DNA from: a virus
Length of the DNA stretch: 60,934 nucleotides
Direction: 5' to 3' (one strand)
IMG/VR virus record: IMGVR_UViG_3300020385_000001
Span: 1-60,934 of that record
Position 1 is the first letter of the stretch. Each line of letters starts with the position of its first letter. The notes under the pieces were generated by a model. That model was not told the DNA's origin. It saw only the letters and a program-made list of their open reading frames with translations, and did not search any database. The translations under genes and the position numbers were made by a program. Shown here in pieces: positions 29,942 to 37,744 of the stretch.

Positions 29942-30710
29942 CTTTTACAAATGTTCCGTTAATCATTCTACCAGTTCTACTAGATATTTCATCATAAGCA
30001 GACTGAATACAAGTTTCAATATCGGTACCGACAAGATGGGCAAGATTAGTAAGAACAACAATGCTATCACCAATAGCATCAATAATATCTTCTTTATTAT
30101 TTTTAAGTAAGGCTTGTGATAATTCTCCAGATTCTTCATATAATTTAATTAGCTGTGTTTTAGTATCTCCTTTTTCATACAAACCTCTTTCTTCAGCCCA
30201 ACTTCTAATATTGTTAAATATTTCAATTGTTTCAACAATAGGCGTAAGATTGTTTTCAGGATTTAAAAAAGCTTCATAATAAGCTTTGTTATAAATATAA
30301 CTGCGCTTGTCATTGTACATAGATTTTTTGCAGTTTAATAAAATCCAATTAATAGTTTCAGGATCTAATTTAAATTCTCCATGCGAAGTTTCCCAAGAAA
30401 AATCTAAATGATCTCTAAGCCAATTATTAAGCTGTAGCTTAGGAACTGGAAATGTTGTGGTTTGTTCGGTAACGTTTATTTTCATTTTATTTAATTTTTG
30501 ATTACATAAATCTTTATACTTTTGCCTGTCAACTTTATAACCATAAGACTTTTGAAGTTCTATTTCCCGGTCAGATATATAATTTATATCATCACTAGAA
30601 TCAAGAACTTCATATTCATCTAACTGATAACCCTGGACAGCCGTTACACGCTTATTAAGATTACGTGTAACCCCTATTTTTTTACCCGGTACGTGATAAA
30701 TAAAATACAT
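29934..30710 (-). CDS. MazG-type NTP pyrophosphohydrolase with N-terminal GIY-YIG-like segment
   Basis: The C-terminus has LYEESGELSQAL...DAIGDSIVVLTNLA (EExGE / DxxGD MazG metal motifs). The N-terminus YFIYHVPGKKIGVTRNLNKRV...REIELQ resembles GIY-YIG. Confidence 0.6.
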   Translation of the reverse strand: MYFIYHVPGKKIGVTRNLNKRVTAVQGYQLDEYEVLDSSDDINYISDREIELQKSYGYKVDRQKYKDLCNQKLNKMKINVTEQTTTFPVPKLQLNNWLRDHLDFSWETSHGEFKLDPETINWILLNCKKSMYNDKRSYIYNKAYYEAFLNPENNLTPIVETIEIFNNIRSWAEERGLYEKGDTKTQLIKLYEESGELSQALLKNNKEDIIDAIGDSIVVLTNLAHLVGTDIETCIQSAYDEISSRTGRMINGTFVKDE

Positions 30711-30713
30711 ATT

Positions 30714-31526
30714 TTATGTTGCTAAAGGTGCTTTTATAACTGTTGCAGGATTGTAATCTATTAAAGTAATGTCTTCATGCTCAGGTATATCAACCTTGTG
30801 TGTTAAAGATAACCCTTTTTTTAATTTTACAGTAGGCAATTTACTATCAGCCCTATTTAAATATTGTGTAGCTTGTTTAATATGATTACTATATAAATGA
30901 CAATCTCCTAAAAAACAAACAAGTTCTCCCAACTCATAGCCTGAACCTTTAGCTAACATAAGTAATAATAAGCCATACATTGCTAAATCATAAGGTAAAC
31001 CTAAAAATACATCTACTGATCTTTGTGACCAAGCTAAACTTAATTTATTATCATTTATATATACTTGAAAGCCATAATGACAAGGAGGAAGTGCCATATC
31101 ATCCAATTCAACGGGATTCCATAAGCTTGCCATAATGCGCCGCGAGCTCGGGTTTTGTTTAATTTGCTCGAGAATATACTTAAGCTGGTCAACACCATTA
31201 AAGTTGCGAAGCTGCTCGCCATAAACAGGACCAAGAGTGTTATCAGTCCTACCTGATTTTGTATAATTATCATCCCAATAAGAAATGCCGTGATGGCGTA
31301 AGTAATACATGTCAGTACGACCCTGTAGTATCCATAATAATTCCGTAATTGCATGATTAAAATATATTTTTTTAGCGGTTAATAATGGGAATCCATGAGC
31401 CATATCATGAGTAAGCATCCGTCCAAAGATAGCCTGTGTTCCTGTGTTAGTTCGATCTTCTTTAGGTAATCCTTCGTAGAGTATATCTGATAATAATCTT
31501 CTGTATTCATTTTGTACGTTTTTCAT
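30714..31526 (-). CDS. Thymidylate-synthase-family enzyme with Asp at the dUMP-specifying Asn: predicted dCMP methyltransferase/hydroxymethylase
   Basis: Gapless match to the ThyA active-site blocks DRTNTGT, GPVYG, SSRRI, PPCH, QRSVDVFLGLPYDLAMY, DCHLYSNH and KAPLAT. Asp180 (GAT, complement of 30987-30989) replaces E. coli Asn177. Confidence 0.65.
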   Translation of the reverse strand: MKNVQNEYRRLLSDILYEGLPKEDRTNTGTQAIFGRMLTHDMAHGFPLLTAKKIYFNHAITELLWILQGRTDMYYLRHHGISYWDDNYTKSGRTDNTLGPVYGEQLRNFNGVDQLKYILEQIKQNPSSRRIMASLWNPVELDDMALPPCHYGFQVYINDNKLSLAWSQRSVDVFLGLPYDLAMYGLLLLMLAKGSGYELGELVCFLGDCHLYSNHIKQATQYLNRADSKLPTVKLKKGLSLTHKVDIPEHEDITLIDYNPATVIKAPLAT

Positions 31527-31800
31527 AATAATATTTTCTTGCTTTTTTTATTGCCGGCCATATTCCTTTATCATCATAAGATATAGGTGAAATATGTGCC
31601 TTCTCACCTTTTTTATACAACCCTAATCTAACTTCTACATACCAAGAATCTGGGAATAATCCCTTTGTAGCAGGTTTAGGAGATATACGATAATTATTAT
31701 TAATACAATAATTAAAATGCAATTGTTCCTCATTATTTAAATTTTCATGATACTTATTTAACCCTTTATAATTTTTAGGTTTTTTTAACCCACTTCCCAT
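31507..31800 (-). CDS. Hypothetical protein (97 aa)
   Basis: ORF overlapping both neighbours in an operon-like arrangement. Confidence 0.5.
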   Translation of the reverse strand: MGSGLKKPKNYKGLNKYHENLNNEEQLHFNYCINNNYRISPKPATKGLFPDSWYVEVRLGLYKKGEKAHISPISYDDKGIWPAIKKARKYYYEKRTK

Positions 31801-33509
31801 GGCATTTCTTCTAAATGATTTGTTTCAGGATATATAGGTATAAAACAACCTGATTTATATTCCCATCTAAAATGTGCTTCTGCACCATTTTCGCCTAAGT
31901 TTTGGAATTTAACTTTGAGCACTTTGGCTTTAACAGTTTTATTATCATAATCGCGGTGAATGAGTAAACCATGATAAGATGCATCATACCACTCGCCACC
32001 GCCTTTAATATTATACATAGTTGGTTCTTCAATTTTGCCATCTTTATCTTTATACATTTTAGTAGGGTGAGCTACAACTATAACTAATACATCATATTTT
32101 TTAGCAAATATTTCAATCTTAGTAAGGTATTCCATTGTATACCTATTTACATCTTCTGTCTTGCAATTTACGTCCCTTATTTTATTAAATGGATCAATAA
32201 CTAAACATTTAATTCCTTTTCTTTTAACAAGTTCAGCTCCTTTCTTTAAAACTGATTCTAAAGTATAGCGCTCCATATCTATAAAAAAGAAATTTTCATT
32301 AACATGCTTAGCTATTGATTGCCATTTTGCTCCACCAATGTCGGACTTTTGTGGCATGTCTTGCCACACTTTTCGCATTAGTTTGTGAGCATGTAAAAAT
32401 GTTGGTGCATTTTCAGGTGATGCAAAAGCTGTTTTCCATTGATAATTTTGATTATATCCTACGACCATTTGGTCAACAAAATCAGACTTACCAGAAGAAG
32501 GTATACCAGTAACAGTAATAAACTGGCCGGTATACGTTGAAAATATTTCATCAAAATTTTGTAAACCAACTTGATAGCCTTTTTTAAATCCATTTTTAAC
32601 AAAATCTGTAATTTCTCCTTCAATGTCATTGAACGTCGTGACGTTTTCGAGCGGTACGGCCTTCGCCTTTTGTACAAGCTTTGATAATCTTTCAGTTCCA
32701 TATTTTAATAAATATTCGTTAGCGTCTTTGCAATCATCGAAGTCTATAATAAAACAAACCTCTGCACCAAGACGTCTAATTAATTCTTGTTGCAAGGCTT
32801 GTCCTGCTTCGTCTTTATCAACTGCTAAAATTATTTTTTCTTTATCATCAAAATAATCTATACAGTTATCTAAGTAATCTAAATTATTATTATTTATTGT
32901 AGCGCCGTTTGGGACAGAGACCACGTTTCGTATTCCAGCTTCATGAAAAGATAAAACATCCATCTCGCCTTCCACAATAATACAGCTGTTATACCCAACA
33001 ATGCTGTTAATATTATAAAATACTTTTTCGGCTCCTTTAAATAATTTAAAGTTTTTTCTACCATCTCTATATTTTATGTTAATTAAATCATTACCAATAA
33101 AATAATTAAATTTAATAGTATTTTCTTCTTTACCTGTTTGTGGCATCCATTCAGGGCCTTCAGATATTTTTAAATTTTGTAACGTATTTTTATTAATACC
33201 ACGCAGTTTAAACCAATCTTCAACCTTAGTGTTTTTAACAGGAGAAATATTTTCATTTACTGGTCGCACAAATTCCTTTGTGCTATCACCTTTTCTTTTA
33301 TAAGTATGTAACTGAAATGTAGTATTGCAGTTGTGACAAGTACCAAGCCCGGTTTGCCAATCATACGATGCACACTTTAATTTTTGTTTAGATGACTTTC
33401 TATCAGATGAACACAGGGGACAAATCCCCTGCGTCTTTCCTTCTTCAAGATCATATTGGTTGAAGCTTTCTATTGCGTAACCATTTATTTCTTGAGTATT
33501 TATTTGCAT
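31785..33509 (-). CDS. Bifunctional primase-helicase (T7 gp4-like)
   Basis: Cys4 zinc finger CPLCSS...CHNCN; TOPRIM motifs VEGEMDVLS and AVDKDEAGQ; Walker A GIPSSGKS; Walker B CLVIDPF. Confidence 0.8.
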   Translation of the reverse strand: MQINTQEINGYAIESFNQYDLEEGKTQGICPLCSSDRKSSKQKLKCASYDWQTGLGTCHNCNTTFQLHTYKRKGDSTKEFVRPVNENISPVKNTKVEDWFKLRGINKNTLQNLKISEGPEWMPQTGKEENTIKFNYFIGNDLINIKYRDGRKNFKLFKGAEKVFYNINSIVGYNSCIIVEGEMDVLSFHEAGIRNVVSVPNGATINNNNLDYLDNCIDYFDDKEKIILAVDKDEAGQALQQELIRRLGAEVCFIIDFDDCKDANEYLLKYGTERLSKLVQKAKAVPLENVTTFNDIEGEITDFVKNGFKKGYQVGLQNFDEIFSTYTGQFITVTGIPSSGKSDFVDQMVVGYNQNYQWKTAFASPENAPTFLHAHKLMRKVWQDMPQKSDIGGAKWQSIAKHVNENFFFIDMERYTLESVLKKGAELVKRKGIKCLVIDPFNKIRDVNCKTEDVNRYTMEYLTKIEIFAKKYDVLVIVVAHPTKMYKDKDGKIEEPTMYNIKGGGEWYDASYHGLLIHRDYDNKTVKAKVLKVKFQNLGENGAEAHFRWEYKSGCFIPIYPETNHLEEMPWEVG

Positions 33510-33611
33510 TTAATTTTCGTCTTTTAGTACTGGTTCATTGTTTTCATCGTAATGAACATAAATCCATTTATCTTCGATCACGTCATAGTATTTATTAAAA
33601 CGGTAAATCAT
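33510..33611 (-). CDS. Tiny ORF (33 aa), below cutoff
   Basis: Manual translation gives MIYRFNKYYDVIEDKWIYVHYDENNEPVLKDEN. Its stop abuts the primase ATG and its start lies inside the SSB gene's 3' end. Confidence 0.3.
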   Translation of the reverse strand: MIYRFNKYYDVIEDKWIYVHYDENNEPVLKDEN

Positions 33612-33909
33612 CTGCTACAGGTTGAGGTTTAGGGGCTACAGGCGCCGACTGTATATTATCTCTGGGCGCAGGCTCTACATTTTGTCCATTAGTCCAAACA
33701 ACATTTATATTGCCTAAGTAAACTTTAGGTTCTTTACTTTCGCGTTGTTCTTTTGTTTGTTGAACAGTAAGTGATCCTTGTTGACCAAATTGATCAATAT
33801 CATCATTAATAGTAATTGTTACAGGTAAGTATTTTCCTTTCTTACCTTCAATAATTTTGTCCTTTGGGACTTTTGATAAATTAATACTTGTGTTTAAAAT
33901 AGTTGCCAT
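33595..33909 (-). CDS. ssDNA-binding-like protein with bacterial SSB-type acidic tip
   Basis: The C-terminus ...PQPVADDLPF mimics the SSB tail (DDDIPF-type). It sits in the recombination/replication module. Confidence 0.55.
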   Translation of the reverse strand: MATILNTSINLSKVPKDKIIEGKKGKYLPVTITINDDIDQFGQQGSLTVQQTKEQRESKEPKVYLGNINVVWTNGQNVEPAPRDNIQSAPVAPKPQPVADDLPF

Positions 33910-33919
33910 ATAATAAAAT

Positions 33920-34651
33920 TTAAAGTGTTTCGTTTATAAAATATTGGTTAGGGTCAAAGTTAGGTGTATTATAATGTAAATCAAACATTTCGCATGCTTT
34001 TATTACTTTATCTTCTCCTCTTTGTAAAAACTTTTCAGAACAATCACACAATTTAATTTTATGTGTGTTTTTATCCATAGCTATAAATACCATTTCAAAT
34101 CCAAAAAGTTTATTGTAAATGTAAGCCTGGCTGTCATAATTAAATTTAGAAGCACTGAATCTAAAATTGTCAAGATTTGTTGTAGTTTTTAAATCAATGA
34201 CTAAATGCTCATCATAATTAATTATATCAGCCTTAGCTTTCCATTTAACATCATTTATTATACCCATAGCAGGCTCTTCATAAATCATATTAGAGCCTGT
34301 AATTAAGCTTTCTATAAATTTGTTTTTAAGAAGTTTTTCAGTCATTGCTTCAACCATATCTGCTTCTTCTTGTAATAAACACATCTCACCATCTGATATT
34401 TCTTTATAGTGTTTTGTATTTCTACTAGAGCTTTCTATAATTCTAAACGATTTGACTTTTTCAGGTTCAAGTATAATAGTATGAAAATATCCACCTATAA
34501 GCATAGCAGGCGTTTTTGCTATGGGTTTATACAAATTTTCGGGCTCGCTTAACAGAGTTTTAATATTTGAATTGCTTAAATATTGTTGGCCAAACTTACC
34601 GTAGTAATGTTCATCCTCCCTGAGCTTATCTATTATCTCTTTATGATTCAT
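33920..34651 (-). CDS. PD-(D/E)XK exonuclease (RecB/Cas4-like, recombination exonuclease)
   Basis: ...ADIINYDEHLVIDLKTT... and ...DSQAYIY match the D...(D/E)xK plus QxxxY motifs. It lies adjacent to Erf. Confidence 0.65.
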   Translation of the reverse strand: MNHKEIIDKLREDEHYYGKFGQQYLSNSNIKTLLSEPENLYKPIAKTPAMLIGGYFHTIILEPEKVKSFRIIESSSRNTKHYKEISDGEMCLLQEEADMVEAMTEKLLKNKFIESLITGSNMIYEEPAMGIINDVKWKAKADIINYDEHLVIDLKTTTNLDNFRFSASKFNYDSQAYIYNKLFGFEMVFIAMDKNTHKIKLCDCSEKFLQRGEDKVIKACEMFDLHYNTPNFDPNQYFINETL

Positions 34652-35152
34652 TTAAAGTGTGCTTAATTCTTGTTCTAATTCAGGTGTAAGCTTATATTTT
34701 TTTTTAATTTTTTCTAATGATCCACCTTTTTTCAAATATTCTTTTGCTTCTGGAACCCAATTGTTATTTGAGTTTGTAGTAGCATCAGCGTCAGCAGTAT
34801 CATCAATTAAAAATAAATTACCTAAAGCATATTTTTTAGCATAAGAGCTGGCTGTGCCATATCGCTGGGGCATTGCTTGCCCTTTAAACATAACATCAAC
34901 GCCTACTACCGCAGTTGCTGAAAGCTCATTTAGATTATCTCTAATGGTTGCTGTTGATTGAATTACTGAAGGATCACTTGATATAAGTTCTTCTGTTGTA
35001 GTTACGGTTACATCTAGCTCTAGTAAGAACGGTTTTAAAGCTTCTAAGATGTCTTCGGCAGATCTATAATAATAATTACCGAATTTGTTGAAGCGACTTT
35101 TTTTTGCTTTCAACTTGGTTTGAATGGTTGCTAATTTTTGTGTCAATTCCAT
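34652..35152 (-). CDS. Erf-family single-strand annealing protein
   Basis: The N-terminal pattern ...KFGNYYYRSAEDILEALKPFLLELDV... is typical of ERF. The genomic context is exonuclease plus SSB. Confidence 0.6.
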   Translation of the reverse strand: MELTQKLATIQTKLKAKKSRFNKFGNYYYRSAEDILEALKPFLLELDVTVTTTEELISSDPSVIQSTATIRDNLNELSATAVVGVDVMFKGQAMPQRYGTASSYAKKYALGNLFLIDDTADADATTNSNNNWVPEAKEYLKKGGSLEKIKKKYKLTPELEQELSTL

Positions 35153-35191
35153 AAAAAAAATTAGATTGGTTAATAATATAATTACGCATCT

Positions 35192-35208
35192 CGTGTATTA
35201 TTTACACG
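35192..35208 (-). promoter_or_regulatory. Perfect palindrome CGTGTA-TTATT-TACACG between the sigma and erf genes (hairpin or operator)
   Basis: Read directly. A 6-bp stem with a 5-nt loop lies 16 nt downstream of the sigma gene's stop. No U-tract follows. Confidence 0.3.
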
Positions 35209-35224
35209 GAATCTCCTATTTAAC

Positions 35225-35977
35225 TTACAGATAATCAAGCACTTGCGAGCTATCTACGTTGTCAATTAGTTTTTGTATCGCTGCCTTTTTTATTTCAGAT
35301 ATCCTTACGTAAGAGCTAGGCCCTTCAATACCTATAATCTTTGCAATATCATTGGCAGAATGCTTATCACAATCTAATCCGTAAGATAAGCGTAAAACTT
35401 CATACTCTTTTGGATTAAGATTCTTTTTTAATATACTTTTTAAATACATATTAAGCATACCTAAATTATATGGTTCAGATCTATCAGGCACTTGATCAAA
35501 ATAACTTTCTTCATTATCAGCCTGTTCATCTATACTTAAAAATATACTATTAAAAAATATTTCAACTATTTTTTTATCTTGGGGGTTTTGGCGCATTTCA
35601 TTTAATCTATGCTCTGGAATCCGTATATGTCCTCTTGTTATATCAATTGATCTTCTAATTGCACCTTTAATTCTTTTAGAAAGAAATGATTTAATTGTTT
35701 TTTCAGGGTCTTCTGATTCAACTATTTTGCTCATTTCTATTTTATCAACCGCTGCTATAAGACCTTTACTGCCTTCTTGTATAAGGTCAGTTATATCTAA
35801 TATGCCTGATGCTTGTTGTGTGGTTGCAAATTTATGTGCCATATTTTCTACAAGTGGTAAAAACTTTATGATCAGCTCATCTCTAGTGTAAAGATCATAC
35901 GTTCGTTTATTTTCTGGCATACTGTTTTGTAAATCAGTTTTATACCGAATGTAATTCTTTACATTATATTTTTTCAT
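35225..35977 (-). CDS. Sigma-70 family RNA polymerase sigma factor
   Basis: Region 2 is DLIQEGSKGLIAAVDKIE. The region 4 HTH is EYEVLRLSYGLD...SANDIAKIIGI...VRISEIKKAAIQKL. Confidence 0.8.
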   Translation of the reverse strand: MKKYNVKNYIRYKTDLQNSMPENKRTYDLYTRDELIIKFLPLVENMAHKFATTQQASGILDITDLIQEGSKGLIAAVDKIEMSKIVESEDPEKTIKSFLSKRIKGAIRRSIDITRGHIRIPEHRLNEMRQNPQDKKIVEIFFNSIFLSIDEQADNEESYFDQVPDRSEPYNLGMLNMYLKSILKKNLNPKEYEVLRLSYGLDCDKHSANDIAKIIGIEGPSSYVRISEIKKAAIQKLIDNVDSSQVLDYL

Positions 35978-35981
35978 GTGC

Positions 35982-36596
35982 TTATATCATAGAGTTCAAT
36001 AAATTTTTTTCGGTTTTTAATTGGTTATCGAGGTTTCTGTACACGGTCCGGGTTGAACAGCCAAGCATCCGCGCGATGGTTTGAACTGTTATGCATTCAT
36101 GCATATCGTGTATAGCATTCATGCATTCATATATATTTTCTTTTGTTGCAATCTTAGATCTACCTATTAGCTTACCTACGATGCTCAACTTCTCTGATTT
36201 GGTTAGTCCAGTAATATCATTGAATATTATTTTACGCAATTTATTTTTTGGTGGTCGTTCCAAATCTAATTTATAAATGTCATTAATAATACTCATTAAT
36301 ATATCATCAGATATTTCAAAGGTAATAAAATTATTTGGTTTATATGTAATATGTTTACATAAACTTTTAAATCCTTGTTCTGATAAGGTAGGATTTAAAT
36401 ATGTTAATACAAGCAAATGCCATTTTAATGATCTATATGTATTGATCTTAGCTTTACTTCGGAATAGTTCATAGCACTGGTGTGTACCTTCTTTATAAAA
36501 TCTACCCCATTGAAATACTTCAGAAGGTTCATCTGTAACTGGACCTCTCCGATATATTATTCTGTTATTATTTAAGTAGTCCATTCTGCGTGACAT
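35982..36596 (-). CDS. DNA-binding protein with C-terminal HTH (putative transcription regulator)
   Basis: The C-terminus ITVQTIARMLGCSTRTVYRNL is a Hin/resolvase-type HTH. The N-terminal 150 aa are not recognised. Confidence 0.5.
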   Translation of the reverse strand: MSRRMDYLNNNRIIYRRGPVTDEPSEVFQWGRFYKEGTHQCYELFRSKAKINTYRSLKWHLLVLTYLNPTLSEQGFKSLCKHITYKPNNFITFEISDDILMSIINDIYKLDLERPPKNKLRKIIFNDITGLTKSEKLSIVGKLIGRSKIATKENIYECMNAIHDMHECITVQTIARMLGCSTRTVYRNLDNQLKTEKNLLNSMI

Positions 36597-36636
36597 TAGC
36601 CTGCTACTCGTTATATATTAATTACCTTATGTCGCA
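36590..36636 (-). promoter_or_regulatory. Bipartite ~47-nt element, copy X (gene-strand orientation, overlaps the ATG of the HTH gene)
   Basis: The minus strand reads TGCGACATAAGGTAATTAATATATAACGAGTAGCAGGCTAATGTCAC. It shares TGCGACA..AGGTA.TTA and CAGGCTA..GTC.C with copies at 40375 and 41803. Confidence 0.6.
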
Positions 36637-36855
36637 TCACATTTCTAAAAGTTTTAGCCTTTGGCTATACTTCTTAATAAGATCAGCTTTATGTTTTAAT
36701 TTTTCTACCGGCATAATACCACTTCGGTTATAAGATAAAACATCTTCGATTATATCTTGTCTAAGCATATAAATGTTATTCCATATATAATCTTTATGAT
36801 CTTTTGTTCGGCTAACCCAGATTACAATTTGTTTATTACCTATTTTAATTTTCAT
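36637..36855 (-). CDS. Hypothetical early protein (72 aa)
   Basis: Track ORF with start/stop overlap to its neighbours. Confidence 0.55.
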   Translation of the reverse strand: MKIKIGNKQIVIWVSRTKDHKDYIWNNIYMLRQDIIEDVLSYNRSGIMPVEKLKHKADLIKKYSQRLKLLEM

Positions 36856-37070
36856 AATATATTATCTATTTTGCGTTGTATATGTTCAAGCCTTCGCTTA
36901 ATTATACTTGCCCGCTCATACTGCTCATTCTCTTCACATTGTTCAAGTAATTCACTTAAGCGGCTATGTTCATCCAGCAATATTAAGAAATTATTTCCTT
37001 CACCGGTAATTTTTTTATATAATTTATCTGCAATCATTTTAGCAATTGCTTCTGCTTCGCGCTCAGTCAT
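36852..37070 (-). CDS. Hypothetical early protein (72 aa)
   Basis: Track ORF with ATGA-type overlaps. Confidence 0.55.
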   Translation of the reverse strand: MTEREAEAIAKMIADKLYKKITGEGNNFLILLDEHSRLSELLEQCEENEQYERASIIKRRLEHIQRKIDNIL

Positions 37071-37293
37071 CAGTTGTTTCTATAATTTTATATATGTAAT
37101 TCAACACATTAAGCTCTATCTTAGCACCTTCGACGAGACTTATCATTTCGTCATGCGTAATGCTGCCTCTATACTTGCCACTTTTAAGTTCTCGACGTAA
37201 GTCTTCAAGGTGAATACCTGCGTGCAATACTTTGGCATATATTTTATTGTTTGCTCGTTCTTTAATTGTCATTACTAAATTGTTTATCATCAA
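37063..37293 (-). CDS. Hypothetical early protein (76 aa)
   Basis: Track ORF in an operon-like overlap. Confidence 0.55.
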   Translation of the reverse strand: MMINNLVMTIKERANNKIYAKVLHAGIHLEDLRRELKSGKYRGSITHDEMISLVEGAKIELNVLNYIYKIIETTDD

Positions 37294-37744
37294 CTATATT
37301 ATCAAGTTTATTACGTAAAACATTTGTAAATTTGTGGCCCATCGATTCCATTTTATCTAAACATCCACGCGTAAAATTATACATTTGTTTATTTTGTAAT
37401 AGTTTGACTCTGTATTTTTCTTTATAAAATCTATCTGGATCAAGACGTTTTACTTGCATTTTCATTTTAGTATCCATATGCTTCTGCAGTTTTAAATATT
37501 TTCGGTGGTAATCTTTTTCCCACAAAGGATTGATTACATTCTCGAATAGTTTAAGGCCGTGAATAACTGTTGCATGATCTTTATCCACAGCGTTGCCTAT
37601 CTTAACTAATGATTCACCTGAATAATCTTGAGCTAATTTATAATAGATTGCTCTAGGGTATACCACATCGCGTCTGCGTGTGCGTTCTTGTATTTTTTTA
37701 TTAAATGCGTTGTTTACTATGTTTCTAATAGCTATCGAGTTCAT
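37262..37744 (-). CDS. DnaA domain-IV-like DNA-binding protein (no AAA+ domain)
   Basis: RTRRRDVVYPRAIYYKLAQDYSGESLVKIGNAVDKDHATVIHGLKLFE parallels E. coli DnaA [49 protein letters not shown]. Confidence 0.7.
   Translation of the reverse strand: MNSIAIRNIVNNAFNKKIQERTRRRDVVYPRAIYYKLAQDYSGESLVKIGNAVDKDHATVIHGLKLFENVINPLWEKDYHRKYLKLQKHMDTKMKMQVKRLDPDRFYKEKYRVKLLQNKQMYNFTRGCLDKMESMGHKFTNVLRNKLDNIVDDKQFSNDN

Noticed and set aside
30714-31526. Annotating this gene simply as thymidylate synthase (thyA)
   Set aside because: The substrate-specifying Asn is replaced by Asp in an otherwise gapless active-site alignment. A plain ThyA label would hide the most informative feature. The call stays provisional until checked.
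36757-37200. 147-aa plus-strand ORF
   Set aside because: It is antisense to three overlapping, translationally coupled minus-strand genes, and its product is low-complexity.
37581-37589. Perfect DnaA box TTATCCACA
   Set aside because: It is a single copy, lying inside the coding sequence of the DnaA-domain-IV-like gene itself (it encodes V-D-K of the conserved KDH region). One exact 9-mer in about 122 kb of two-strand sequence is roughly what chance predicts. No cluster of boxes was seen by eye, although a systematic scan was not possible.
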